Source of the DNA: Leptogorgia sarmentosa
Taxonomy: Eukaryota
Assembly: GCA_964658305.1 (NCBI GenBank)
Contig: OZ210885.1
Coordinates: 24,614,001 to 24,678,000 of the forward strand
Length of the DNA: 64,000 bases
Direction: 5' to 3'
Made by a program: the position numbers and the translations under genes. Below, piece by piece: positions 38,141 to 51,535 of the stretch. The stretch's first letter is position 1. Each line of letters begins with the position of its first letter. The notes under the pieces are model-generated. The model made no database searches. It saw only the letters and a list, made by a program, of their open reading frames with translations, and had not been told where the DNA came from.

Positions 38141-41100
38141 GATTGAGGGGATCGGTGGTAGTTGTATTGTGTGGTGCTTCCTCTTGGAACGATCATGGGG
38201 CGTAGAAGGAAAAGGGGAAGTTGGAGTTGTGCAAGTGGAAGCAGGCGTGATGATGGTCTAAGGGTTTAGGTGCAGGATTTGGATGGGGGTTGGCTTTAAG
38301 GTGTAGTTTTATGACTTGGGATGGATCGGTTGGGGTCAGGATTGGGTTTTGGGATAGGGTGTGATTTGATTTGGACACATTTATCCGATTGATCGTGGTT
38401 GTTGATACAACTACCAGAACAATTAACGGTTAATTTCTAAATTTCCAAATTTCTGCATCCTATGAACAGTGGGAAGGCACCCACATCCAGATTCACGCAA
38501 GCACACAGCATGCATTATCACTATGTGGGATTTCCCACCACACACACACAATGTTTAACACAAACCTCTCTCACACAAGATATTGAAATGATCTGAAATG
38601 AAATGAAACACATAATCTAGTACTACACCTGCACGTACCAGTATTGTACGTATCAAAACCTTATTTTAGATATTTAAACACTATATACTAAGTAATCAAT
38701 AACACAAAAGATCAATAGAACAATATAATAAAATAACAAACGATTCTCACCCAATGTTTAACCTCCACACGCCATGCGATCCAATCGAAACATCATCACA
38801 CATATAGTCAGGTCTCTTAGCGCCAAAAATGACCTGGATATTTACAGAGCGGACCAAAGCACCAAATTTGGCACAGATAACCCTTAATACTTAGTAATCA
38901 AAACTAGAAGGGGTGCTCAACGCAGTCGGCCATGGTTATGGGATTATGGCCTAGTAAAGTTTTGACCTCTTTTGCAGAATTGGGTTACCTGTGGTGCGAT
39001 GTCATGTTTGCCATATGAAGCATAAATACTATAAATAAAAGCATTTTTAGATTAGACTGTCAACATGGAGTAAAAATGCCATCAGTGCGATGTGCTGGGA
39101 AAGAACATAGACTAGAATCCAGTCCCCCAATCGGACACCGTGACGGCTTTCTGCGTAAATTGCTGTTTTTTCTCGTCATTATTGGTATTTACACCAAAAC
39201 CAGAAACATGAAAACATAAGCATGCACTTTTTTTATGAATATAAACTGGGTATCATATCTGCAAGGACTCTCCGTCTGATGAAGTCAATCGTTACAAACA
39301 GGACTACTGACACACTGGCATTTACAAAGTGGTGTTTGCCAACGAAGCTTTCACACATTTGCATCTTGTACATAACCCTTTGCACGAACGTCGTAACAGT
39401 TGGCTGCATGCCGTTGACACTTCTGGGATGGTGATCCACCTTGGCACCTACTGAGCGTCGCAGTCTCGTTTCCATGAAAACCTCTCCGGCGATGGCACTG
39501 TCTGTACTGTCTGCTCGCTACTTGTCCAAATTCCTGCTTGGAAAATGGAACGCTTGGCGTGTTGGAGAAGGGCATCCTTTCAAGAAAACAAAAATGGGGG
39601 TTATACTAGACGAAGTAAAATAACAAAATAGTATTTAATTGCTGTACCTGCATAGGAGATAGCCTGGTCATGTCGATGTTAGTTGACTTGCAGAAGATTT
39701 CCATCCTAGCTTTGTTAATGGAGGTGACAGGGCTAAGTTTGTCGTACATGATCACTGTGAATCGTTCGATGCGCTTAAAGTGCGCTGAGCTCAGAGACAG
39801 TTTGTGGAAAGGGTGGTCTGCAAGGAACTCCAATGTTGGCGTGATTTCTGGGTACAGCTCCCATGCCTTCCATGCGGACGCTTTGCTTTTCCCGAAGAAT
39901 GCTGAAGTGGTATCACAACCAACTAAGCGTGGAATACTGGTAAGGACTTTGAGCGGGCCTCCCCGAGGTCATCAGAAATCGAATTCACACTAATGAACCT
40001 GAAGTCTCGACCCATTCCAAATGCCACCCACAACTCTATATCTGGTTTAACCGCTCTTAGGTAATGCAGTTTTCCGACCAGTATGACAATAACATCAGTG
40101 TCTACGGTTCGAACCATTACAGTCGTCGCCTGGCCAATTCGAATGGCATGCACAACATGGGGGATGATCCTTGTATCTGCCTCCTCATGATTGCAATCTG
40201 CTATTGTGATGTCAGGTATGTTTGAACCAACAGTGACCACGGATGTACCTATTAACAGCAAATGTTTTAAGTGAACACAACTTAAAAAATATAGGCCAAT
40301 GAGTATACAAATATAAATTCTTAGCATCAATACTAACCTGAAGTAATGTATAGAGTCTTTCCCTCGGGCCAGTCATGGTCAGCTACTTTTGACGTGAGGA
40401 ACTCAAACAGTTCTTGCTTGTTAACAGAATTTCACAAGAAGTCAAACCATTTCGGTGGTAACTTGGTTCCTCCAGACACTTTACGGCGTATGCCCTTACC
40501 CCGTTTTTGTCTAGTCGCTTCCTTGAGACTACTGGGAACATAGCTGTCCCAAACAACATCTACTCGCTTGCTCTCCAGTCTAGATAGGTAAGGAATGAAT
40601 ACCTTCTCGGCGTAATCGTCAAACTTGTTCGCACCGGTGACTGGTAGGGCGTGTACAACTACGGCTCCATCGAATATTCTTGTGTCAAATTGTGCTGGGG
40701 GCTCCAACTGATGTGGCTTGACGATACACTTTAAAAGGTCAGACTTCGCACTTGTCAAACGGAGGCTTCCAAACTCTGAAAGGGCTGCAGGAAATGACTG
40801 CACTTCATGACTGAAGAATTCTTCAAGGTCCGCATCTCGACTCTGCACTGCAATGTACAATTGCGCAAACAGCGTCACATTGTTTTGCAAGGCTGTGATG
40901 GTCTTAGCCTGCTTTGACTTGGAGCGTGCCGGCTGCTTACCATACAGCGGGAGCTTGTTCTTCTTGATCGGGTTATTGATCGATGCTGTCCTGTCCTTGA
41001 TCACAGGCTTGACATACTCTTGGTATTGTGTTTTTCCAAGTTGCTCAAGATTTACTATAGAATCGACAACATCGTCACCCATGCAATCTCTGCTGTTCAG

Positions 41101-42630
41101 GGTGACCAGTTCTGAGAAGTCATCTAGGAAAGGGTTTCCCATTCTTTCAATCACGTCTACTAGATTGGTCACCTGTTGTGTGAAGGCTTTCTGTGCCGCT
41201 AGTCCCATCTCATGGTTTGGGCGATCAGTGGATTCCTCATTATCTGTCAGATATTGATGCTCGAATTGATGTAGCATTCTTGTTGTTTCCGGACCTGACA
41301 GCATCCAACGTCTAATATTAAAACACAATGCCAAAAATAAACAAAAGTGTTAATATATTTACTAATTGCTGACAAAGTGTATTTTTGTTTAATTATAAAT
41401 GCTCACAATCACAGATCTGTATGTACATCTGTCAGATAATGTGAACACACCATGCATGATAAAACCAATCATTATACCTACCTGAAGGCTACAGGGTTTT
41501 CCGTAAGGCCTACTGCACCACCGGCGCTCTTTACAAGTTTGTTTTCTTGTTCGTGCGCCTGGTCGAACGGTATGGCAGAGAACCTATTCCCTGTTCTAGA
41601 GAGAACCCAATGGCCATTATCCGTGAACTCTTGTGCGATGCTCTCGGGTAGAGACTTCAGATCATGGATGTGAATTGGGACCCAACGAGCATAGCTGATA
41701 TGGTCCAGAACAAAGAACAAGGGAACCAGCTCTTCAAGAGCCTCGACATACAAGTCGAAGTTTCGCTGACATAGTGCTCACACAACGAGGAGGACCAGTG
41801 TCTCATACTTTATGACTAAGTCTCAGAATAGAAACGTCGGGCTTCTTTTCCTCATCGTCTCAACCCAGGTGGAGTGTGATACTTCGTCGGAAAGATAGGA
41901 CGCTGCCGATCTCTTCAGTTTCTGTAGAGCTAGGACGGTAACTTGATGTGCATGCCTGGAAACCAATGAAAACAGCTTTAAAAACACACACCACAACTAT
42001 TTGAACCTTTATATTGGACAGAAATTATCCATGATATCACAACCGTAAAACATGAAATGAAAGCCGAAAACATGAAATGGAACCCCAAATAACGGCTTCA
42101 ATATTTCCTCCTTCCCTTGTGCAATATTGTGCAGATGAGTTAGAAACGCTATGGACACGGGTATATAGTAGTACCCTACAATAACGCTCATATAGCTTCC
42201 ACAAAGAATACACTCAAGCAGTTTTGAGCAGTATACAGCATAGTTTTCATATATTATACCTAGTTCTTGTGAGATGTGATGCCTTTAAGAACGAATCGGC
42301 AACACCGGATGATGCCACATCAGCCTCTGTAAGCGCGTTTGTCCATCCAGATCCTTCAAGTAAGTCACCTAATACATTCCACAATGCCATTTCAATGTGG
42401 AGCCCACCCATCATAACGATATATGATTGCTCTCCGTATGTAGCAGGCCATTTCCATTGTACCATCTTCGCGATGCAAACAGAGGTTGATCTAGTGTTAT
42501 TACAGCAACTTGATTCGGGTTGAGGAAGTTGATCGCTTCTCTTAGGACATCCATCCCATGCTTTACCATCGCAGGTGTCGCTGACTTAAAAGAGATAAAA
42601 TAATATATTTCTCCTGATTTGCGTCCTATA

Positions 42631-43102
42631 CAGTGGGGGTCATGAGTCTGAGTCCATTCGATATTTGTTCTGCATTTACGATAAATAGTATCTTATAAGG
42701 AAAAAGGAGTTTTGAAAGTTATGGATTTCCCTCCTCAATCTCCAGACGTAAATCCGATTGAGAATTTATGGGATCACTTAAAGCGAGCGAAATTAAAATA
42801 TAATTCCACGAGTAAAGACAAGTTGTGGGATGTCCTAAATCAATGTTGGAATAACATTATGCCAGCAGTTCTAAGGAAACTTGTTCACTCCATGCCAAAT
42901 AGAGTTAAAGCTGTTTTAAAGGCAAAAGGAGGTCATACAAAATACTAGCATGATGTTAGTTTCACACAAATCGTATAACGTCTTCTAATGTTCATGTGTT
43001 ATACTGTTTGTGTGCACTTGTGTTGTGTTGAGGAAAATGTATTGAAAAATGCAATTCAAGACAAAATCATACTGACTGGACTCAGACTCTTGACCCCCAC
43101 TG
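42631..43102 (+). mobile_element. Internally deleted Tc1 element in an Academ intron
   Basis: TIR CAGTGGGGGTCA.GAGTCTGAGTCCA, TA TSD, transposase C-terminus FPPQSPDVNPIENLW...GGHTKY (42712-42948). Confidence 0.93.
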
Positions 43103-44007
43103 TATATTAGACACCATCTTTTCCTTTACAACTAACCTTTTCGTAAAATAAGGGAAGCAGTGCAGTCAATGCAGGAGGGTCGTTTTCTTCATGGTCGGAC
43201 GCACGATATGCCGCCCACGTCAGCCTGTCACCACTAGACAAAGGACCTCCAAGTTTTATCAACGAGTGTTCCACCCATCCCTCCTCCTTAGTTTTCTCGT
43301 TGGCTAAACAGAGTTGAATCTCTTTTTCCTTAAAAAGATAAAATACAAATAAATATAACAAATAGAAAGTATTATCAGGCAAATTCGATTATATTTGCCA
43401 ACGAAATACTAGTTTTACCTGGTGCACTGACACAACAACATTGCTTGTGTTGAACTCGACCGGATGGACAGTTGCATATTTCTCTGGAAGGGTGTGCTCT
43501 GTTCCGTTCGGTGGAAGTACAAAAGTGGGCCTCTTTTGTCCATGATTATCTGCTGTTGGCAACTGGAAGACACTTATTCCAGTACCATGGAATGAAGAGC
43601 CAGCGGTTGTAGATGACGGATTGTGATCAAGATTGTCTAGAGCGCCGATGGTGAATATCCCATTTCGTAAACAAGCTGGCACCACGCAGTCATCGGCAGC
43701 AAACCGCTCGCTTACGGATGTGGCCAACATTTCCTCTAATTCTACGATTCGCTGGTATGGAACAGAAAGCCCTAGCTGGAAAAGCTTTGATATCAGCGAT
43801 TTACTTCTCGTCATAGCATGTATGTTGAAGCCTATAAAAAGAGGGAGGGGCGGTTCTCGTGCCTTTGTGTGACACGTTTTCCCAGCCTTGGACTCTCCCC
43901 TTGGCCTTTCCTTTGAATTGAAAAAAATAGTCTGGCACACTGACAGACACGGTTGTGAGTCCCGTGCATTGTTCTCGATATTGACTCCATTCAATATCAT
44001 TGATATT

Positions 44008-44593
44008 CAGTGGCGGATTAACGATTCATGGGGCCCCTGGCTATTTTTCTGATTGGGCCCCCAGACCTGGACGCTGCTTTACCTTTCGGCTACATCCAGC
44101 TACCTGGCTAGACTGTGGATTTTTTTCTGGAGCTTTTATATCCACATAAACAACAAAACAACAAAAAACGTGAAGGTGTTATTGTTTTTAGACTTGATTG
44201 AATTAAATAGCTTTCCTGCGAGCTTTTTGCGCAGCAAAAGTGTCGATAAGCTCTTCAAAATCAATCCCATTTAAGATTTCATGTTCGATGCTCATGAGCG
44301 ACAGCTTGCTGAGTCGCTCCTGGCCCATAGTACTCCGCAATGCGTTCTTTATGCGTTTCAACTTAGAGAAAGAACGCTCTCCACTGCAATTGGAAGCCAT
44401 CATACAGAGGTAGATCCGGAGTGCAATGTTCACATTTGGAAATGTTTGTATCCAGTCATTGTCTTTCAGCAATAAAAACATACCAAGTTCATTGTTTAAA
44501 AAATAGTAAGGCGGCCGCGGGCCCCCATGGGACCAGCAAATCTGCGGGCCCCTGGCTGTAGCCCTGTCAGCCCCCCCCCTTAATCCGCCACTG
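44008..44593 (-). mobile_element. Internally deleted hAT in an Academ exon
   Basis: TIR CAGTGGCGGATTA, perfect 8-bp TSD TTGATATT, dimerisation-domain remnant FPNV..SNCSGERSFSKLKRIK. Removal restores KCLISMILNG. Confidence 0.95.
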
Positions 44594-47500
44594 TTGATAT
44601 TAAACACTTCAAGCTTGTTGGCACAGATTTCTCTTGACACTGCTCTCCGAATTGTCCTGAAAAGTTAAAGCCTTTAAATTCAAACATGTCTTTTCGAACT
44701 ATCGCTGAGGCCTTGGCTAGAATCTTCACATCGTTGGTAAAATCTCGATTTGGAATTGCTTCTTTTAACATGTCTTGAATTAATCTATTGAAAACTATTA
44801 CAACGTTCTTGACTTGCATTTGTTCTTGTGCATCTGGCAGGTTTTCCAATAAAGAAAGTTTTAGTCATGTCCTATTTATTTGCTTCGTGACACCAAGGGC
44901 CGCTAGTCTGTTCACATAAAGCGAATGTAGCTTCGAGAGAAGAAACGTCAGCTTTCCGTCATCAACCGAGGCATTAATATGATCTATCAGTTCAACAAAG
45001 GCTTGTGACTCTTTGAGGCTATCGTCTTCTCTATCGAGTTGTCCTGCTTTGCGTATATGTCCCCTGTATCGATTACGGAGGTCTGTCATGCAAGCTTGGT
45101 GGTATTTTGCTTCTGCCGCTATTAGATCCACCCCAGATACCTTGGGTAATAGTAACTGATCTTGAAGCATTGTTATCATATAACGCAGGTTCTCGTCTTT
45201 ACCTAGCGTAATAACTGCATGAAGCTGCCCGCTCCCATCATCGCACAGCATGCAGCATGGCCCTTTGTTAGTATCAACTGACAGTCTTCTCGATTTAACG
45301 ACTGGGAGGCCTCGAGGTTGATCTCTTTCACGCTCTGCATCCCTTTTCCTCTTACTTTCTCTCGCTTTCTCCAGTTTGGAGGCACTAAACTGCAAAGTAC
45401 ACGATTTGTGCCAGCAGGCTTTATTACTGAGAAAAACATTAGCATTCACATCAGCTGGCAAAGTAAGACTCGCTGGCAGTCTATCAATTTCCTTGAATCC
45501 AGCAACATTTGTGAGAAATGATTGGTATACAGCCTTTGGATCTGTTTCTCCAAGGGCATTCAAGGGACACCTTATCTCTTCCTTTGTTGTCTTTTGACAG
45601 ATAACACATTTCTTCCAAGAAAATGACATTTTCTGTGACAAAACCGAACGAGAATCCATACCACTTACAACAGCACAAAAAAGCATTAAAAAGCCTCAAA
45701 CAAAACATAGACTACTGATGAACATTGTTTTACAATAATTTGTATTAATATAAAGCATTTTTTGAGCAAAAACAATGGATACTTACAGATGAAACAGATG
45801 TGTCCACTGGGTGCCGCCATCTTGGAAGCTTTTGACCGCGAGGGGATTGGGAACTATAATTTCTAAACTATGCCTAGAAATGTCCTTTTTTGTTTATTTT
45901 TTTACAACATTGAAGTTAGAAATCATGAGTACAGGATTAACATCTCTCCTAACAGCACACAATTACATTTTCAGTACATTAAGCCAAGAAACGACAGTAC
46001 TTAAATGTTGCACCACAGGAAGCCCAAGCATGCAAAATTGACGAAAACAGAATTCCCTTTAACAGCCTTAAAAGCAATTTCTGTATTGGGCACCCCTTCT
46101 AATATTTATAGTGATACTATAAGCTACATGTATGTCAAGTTTGGTGCTTTGGTCCGCTGTGTAAACGTTTTGACCCTAAGAGACCTGACTAATAACCATA
46201 TCCACAACAACGCAATAATTTCAAAGCCACATCGTTTTAATTAGTCGGTGGGCGGAGCCAACCGACTATAGGTTTCGCCTCCGCGTGTTTTTATCGCAAC
46301 ATGATCTCTTTCCAAAAATAAGACTATATCTTAATTGTAAAAAAACCCTCAAATTAAGCTATTGCCTTATTTTTAATGATGTTGATCGCTGAACAGATTT
46401 GGCACCCATTCGCTGGCGCGCATCTAAAAGGAGCGAAGAAAACCATATTTAAATATGGATATATTTGTTGTATATATTATATATTTGTATCTTGTGATGT
46501 TAGTTACAGTAGCTAATGAATAATGGATGAGGTTGAAAGACCAACAGGTAAAAATTATAAAAATTATGTTCTTGTTCAATTTATGTTTATAAGTATGAAT
46601 GTATGATTAACAAAATGTATATGTCACGAATTTCAAAGCTTCGAATTTTCACTTTCTTATTTTTACTTTCTTGGCAATGGTAAAGCGAGGAGAAGCCATG
46701 ACGAAAGACCAAAAGAGCAAATAAGTGTTCATCTTGCCAGAGCTTTGGAAGAAGCTGAGAATCTGTTTTCGACTCCTAAGGCTCGAAAAATAAGAAAGAA
46801 GACCCACATTGAAATTAAAAGAGACAACAAGGGGAACAGAATTTTTCACCGTCCCCGAAAAGGTATTAAGTAAGGGTATGCAATTAAGAAGTCCTAAGAA
46901 ATCGTGGGTAAATTTCTTTACAATTGAATGATCCGGCATATGTTGTTTAGTTTACAATATGCAGTACCAAACAGCCCTCATCAGTGTTCATCCTTTCATT
47001 CCTTTGGCTGTTATGATATTGTATGTATGTTGTGTGGAAGGAAATTTTGTCCACTGAGTACTATACATGTAGGAAATTGGTATGCCAGGTATGCCAACAA
47101 GCAAATAACAACTAATATATAAACTATTTTAGAAGGATCACAGGCAGTACAGACAAAGAATGTTCGGGAAAGCTCTAGCATGACATTTGATGTGAATTCT
47201 CCATCATCGCCTATAACCTCTAGTGTAGAAAACTGTGAAGTTGAAATGGGTTATGAAGGTATAAAATACATACTTAGATAAAGTTGACGTAATTTAATTA
47301 AAACTGTTACTGTCTTGGCATTTAAAGGAAAATTAAGGTGAATTGATAAGGGCCCTTGGAAGTGCATTGCAACTTAATGGGTTAACATTGCTATATCAAT
47401 CTCTCTATTAAGATGCAGTCCCTGATTTTTCAATCATTGGTAACTTTGTGATTTTAGAACAACTTGCTGACATCCTTGATGATTGTGATGCACTATGCAG

Positions 47501-47934
47501 TGATATGTCTGTAGCTGAAGTTGAATCTGTTTCTCAGTGGCAAAAAAGAACCAAATCTAGTGATTCAAACTGGGAAAGTTGGAGGAATGAGTTGTTCTCA
47601 GGTGTTCTGAATTCATGTGTCATTCCTGAAGGTGATGTAATGTGTATGGCGTGTGGTAGTAAACCAGCTTTGGTTAAGTGCTCTGTATGTGTTTCACAAT
47701 ATCTTTGTCCTGACTGTGATGATGCACTACATAGTGAAGAGCCCTTACATGACAGGCAGGAATGGCTGAATGGGTTCTTTAACTACATGAAAGCTGAACA
47801 AAGTGTTTCAAGAGAGAAGGAGATGATTGTAAAAGGTACATACTTTATACCATATCATCATAACAAAATTTTGGAATTTTACCATCATATTTATACAAAT
47901 GAATATAATTTTTAGAACGCTGCTTTCCATTAGT

Positions 47935-48432
47935 TGTTATGGCGTGTGCATTAAGTACAAAATTCATTAAATGACTGTTATGCAAATTATAGTTTGTTAT
48001 GCATGATTGATATTGGACATTTTGTAAGGCGTTAAATACTTGCTAGAAAATTTAACTAGCTAGTTGACCATACGATACGAAGTCGAACAGAAGGCGTTTC
48101 ATTTTTGGTATAAGACAGTATTAACGATCGAAGTTGAGTTGAAGGTTAAACGAACTTGCTTCACCTTAAACGGACACAGATGTACGTACTTGTGTATTTA
48201 TCACTTTCTGCATTCATGTGTACATTCTATAGTTTAGCATGCATGTATTTCTTTATCTTCAATTTTAGTTTTTTGTTACCTATCCGAATACATCGAGCAG
48301 CGATGGCGAACTTTTAAACGGCCTCGGTGCTGAACATGGATTGAGTTAACAACGTCTGTTTTTTACTGAATAAATTTTTATAACCTAATATCGTTTCTGT
48401 GAGACAATAGACTAAATTTACGTGCACTTACA
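47935..48432. mobile_element. Solo LTR (498 bp) in a KDZ exon
   Basis: TGT...ACA ends, perfect 5-bp TSD TTAGT (47930-47934, 48433-48437), AATAAA near the 3' end. Removal restores RCFPLVIKLQCKSCG. Confidence 0.88.
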
Positions 48433-48587
48433 TTAGTAATTAAACTGCAGTGTAAATCATGTGGACATGGACAGTTAAAGAAATGTATTACAGGAGAGAG
48501 AGTGATACTAATTACCATGAAAGGTTTGTACATGGTAATTCATGTGCTCTAATAACCCATCCAGCTACACTGATATGCTCTGAAATA

Positions 48588-51535
48588 CAGACCTGCCAAC
48601 TCTCACGATTCCACTGTGTGTCACACGATTTTTGTACATTTCTCACGGTCTCACGACATGACTCAGTTTTCTCACGATTAATTTTAATTCTTTATTTCAT
48701 GTTTTGCAATTTACATTGCGACTCTTGAACAGGAAGTTAATTACTACTTGTTTTTAATTTCTAAGTTAAAAAATACTCTAGATTCGGGCAGACAAGTTAT
48801 TTATGATAATTTATTTGCAGGCCAATGCGTAACATACATAAATTATGCATCACATTGGCTTTTATTTAAATTCAACATGGCGTCATGGCAAAACGACTTT
48901 TAATATTGATGAAAGCAATGAATTGGAACCGGAAGACAACAACTCAAAATCAAACTCAGAAGATGACTATGATAGTGCCCAATCTGACAACGAAGGCACA
49001 ACAACAAGTACAACGCGAGCGAGAAGTCAAACTCCGAGAAAATTTCACGGAGCTGCAAAGTACCGTGTCAAATACAATCCATCGTGGGCTCAAAAGTATC
49101 CAGTGAAATCAGTGGCTAATGATCTTTTTAGTCTCCATTGCGTGCCGTGTAAAAAGTCTGTTCGTTGTGATCATCAAGGAATGCGAGATGTCATTGTTCA
49201 TTGCGAACGCGAGTCGCACAAAAGAAACGTAAAAGCCAACAACAAAAGCCAGTCAATTGCACAATTCCTCAAAAAACCTGGAGGTAGTGATTCTGCATTC
49301 AATAAGGACGTTATTAAAGCTGAGGTGATGGTAACAAACTTCTTCGTGCAGCATAATCTGCCATTATCTACAGCAGATCACTTGGGCCCTCTGTTTAAAG
49401 AAATTTTTCCGGACAGCAAAATAGCATTGTCTTATGCTTCAGGTCGTACCAAAACATCCGCTGTTTTGAATGTTGCAATGGGCCCTCACTGCCATAAATA
49501 TGTGGTAGAGCATTGTAAGACCCATCCTTTTAGTTTAGGAATAGATGGCTCGAATGACACAGGAGTTGAAAAAATGAACCCTGTAACTATTCGTATTTTT
49601 GATGTTAATTCTTCAAAAGTAGTTACAAGTCAGTTTTTTGATATGTGTATTACCAGTGGGGAAGATGGTGGAAAGGCAGCTGCCATATTTGATGTCATGA
49701 ATGAGAAGTTCACAGAAGACCAAATTCCTTGGATAAACTCTGTTAGCCTTAGTGTGGACAACACAAGTGCAATGATAGGGAGGCACAATTCTATAGCATC
49801 ACGGTGTAAAAACATGAATCCAAATATCTTCATTTCTGGATGCACATGTCACTTAGCACATCTTGCCGCAACCCAAGCAAATGATTCCTTCACAAACTTT
49901 GTTGGTATCAATGTTGAAGATTTTTTGATAGATTTGTACTACTGGTTTGACAAAAGTTCCAAGCGGAAGGGAAAGCTGACCGAATATTTTGAGTTTTGTG
50001 ATCAAGAGTATCAAAAAATTCTGAAGCATGTCTCTTGCCGCTGGCTATCTTTAGAAAGATGCATTGAAAGAGCACTAAAGAAATTTCCAAGTTTGAAAGC
50101 CTACTTTCTGAGTGAAAATTTTGAAGATGCAAGGTTCAAGCGGTTAAAAGAAGCATTTTCAAACCCTATCATGGAATGTGTCCTTTTGTTCCATAATGCA
50201 TCAATTCAGTTGTTTACTCACTTCAATCAACTCTTGCAAAGAAGTGAGCCAACAATACATATTTTGCAAGAATCGATGATAACTCTGGCCAAAAAAATTG
50301 CAAATCGTATTGTCAAAGCAGACATTATTAGAGATACTGCAATTGCAGATCTTAACCTAGAGGATGAGGAAATATTCAAATCAAACTCATCTATTTTCCT
50401 TGGAGGTATGGTCAAGTTCACACTCAACAAGCTGTTGAACGAAGGAGATATCTCTCCAGCTGTATATCAGAAGTTTTTCATTGCTGCCCACCACTATTTT
50501 AAAAGTTCACTGGACTACATTCTTAGAAAATTTCCTTTGAACGATGAAGCGATATCAAATGCAGTGTGGATCAACGTTCCAGAACGCATTAGGGTGGAAT
50601 GGGAGAATGTGGAATATTTCCATAACAGGTATCAGCCAGTCTTCAAAGAAATTTCAGCTGATAGTCTCTATGATGAATTCTGTGATTATCAAGGATTAAG
50701 TGACGCAGACATTGGTAAGGATGCTTGGGAAGTCGCAAAAGTTGTTGATGGTGTTGAAGAGGATGGCACAGAAGTTGCTCATTATCGTGCTGAGTACCCA
50801 GAGTATTCTGGTGGTACATTGGAAACATGTCAAAACTCAGTCAAAAGGTTTCGATATCTTGTTAGAATTGCAGAAGCGGTGCTGATAAATACCTCACAGT
50901 AATGCGGAGGAAGAACGCCTGTTTAGCATTGTCCGAAAGAACAAAACTGAGAGTCGTTCAAGTTTAAAACTTGACGGCACACTGTCTAGTATTCTAGCCA
51001 TGAAGTGCTCGTACCCTGAGTCAAGTACACCTTGTTACAAGTGGATACCGGATGATGAACTTTTGACCTCATCGAAGAAGGCCACTGCAGCATATAACAG
51101 GGAGCACAGAAACTAAACTATTCAAAACTTGAAACACTATAAGTACTGTATATATTAAAGATGCAGTAAAGTCAGTTTTGCGCTTTTTTTTCTGCTCATT
51201 ACAAAGTTTGTTATTGCAGACTCGACCGTTGGATCCAATTGCCGGATCGTGTGAACACGCTCAAAAAACGGTTGGATCCGACAATCTAAAAATTGGATAG
51301 AAATAGAACATGCTTTATTTTCCATCAGACAGGATTAAAGAAAATGACTATAGTCTCAAACCGTCGGATCCAACTGTTGTAAGTTGTTTTAAGCGTCTTC
51401 ACACGACCCAACAATTGTAAACGTTAAAAACAGTCAAATTAATTCATTCTCACTACTTTTTGTGAAATCTCCAGATTTTTTAACACTTGAGAAGAAAATC
51501 TCCAGATTTTTTACTCTCTGAGGTTGGCAGGTCTG
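48588..51535 (+). mobile_element. hAT transposon with 6-bp TSD (hAT5/hAT6-like) in a KDZ intron
   Basis: Perfect 13-bp TIR CAGACCTGCCAAC; GAAATA duplicated at 48582-48587 and 51536-51541. Confidence 0.9.
48845..51116 (+). pseudogene. hAT transposase, nearly intact (685-aa ORF plus frameshifted tail)
   Basis: HCVPCKK..H..H finger; FSLGIDGSND; SVDNTSAM; GCTCHLAHL; VSCRWLSL; IPHSNAEEERLFS lies in another frame from about 50890. Confidence 0.92.

Larger units (their letters stand above)
39240..45630 (-). pseudogene. Academ transposase with XPG-like nuclease domain and Cys-rich tail, multi-exon
   Basis: WKKCVICQ; DLIAAEAKYH; ALDNLDHNPSSTTAGSSFHGTGIS; GGLHIEMA; DQAHEQEN; IFDGAVVVH; HEEADTRI; VDTDVIVIL; GCDTTSAF. 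Confidence 0.9.
38805..46191 (-). mobile_element. Full-length canonical Academ DNA transposon (decayed)
   Basis: TIRs TAGTCAGGTCTCTTAG...GCGGACCAAAGCACCAAA; 3-bp TSD ATA (38802-38804, 46192-46194). Confidence 0.93.

Noticed and set aside
42631..43102. Fanzor/TnpB cargo in the Tc1/IS630-type elements
   Set aside because: No RuvC or zinc-ribbon motifs seen in this or the 2299-3121 and 13040-13415 remnants.
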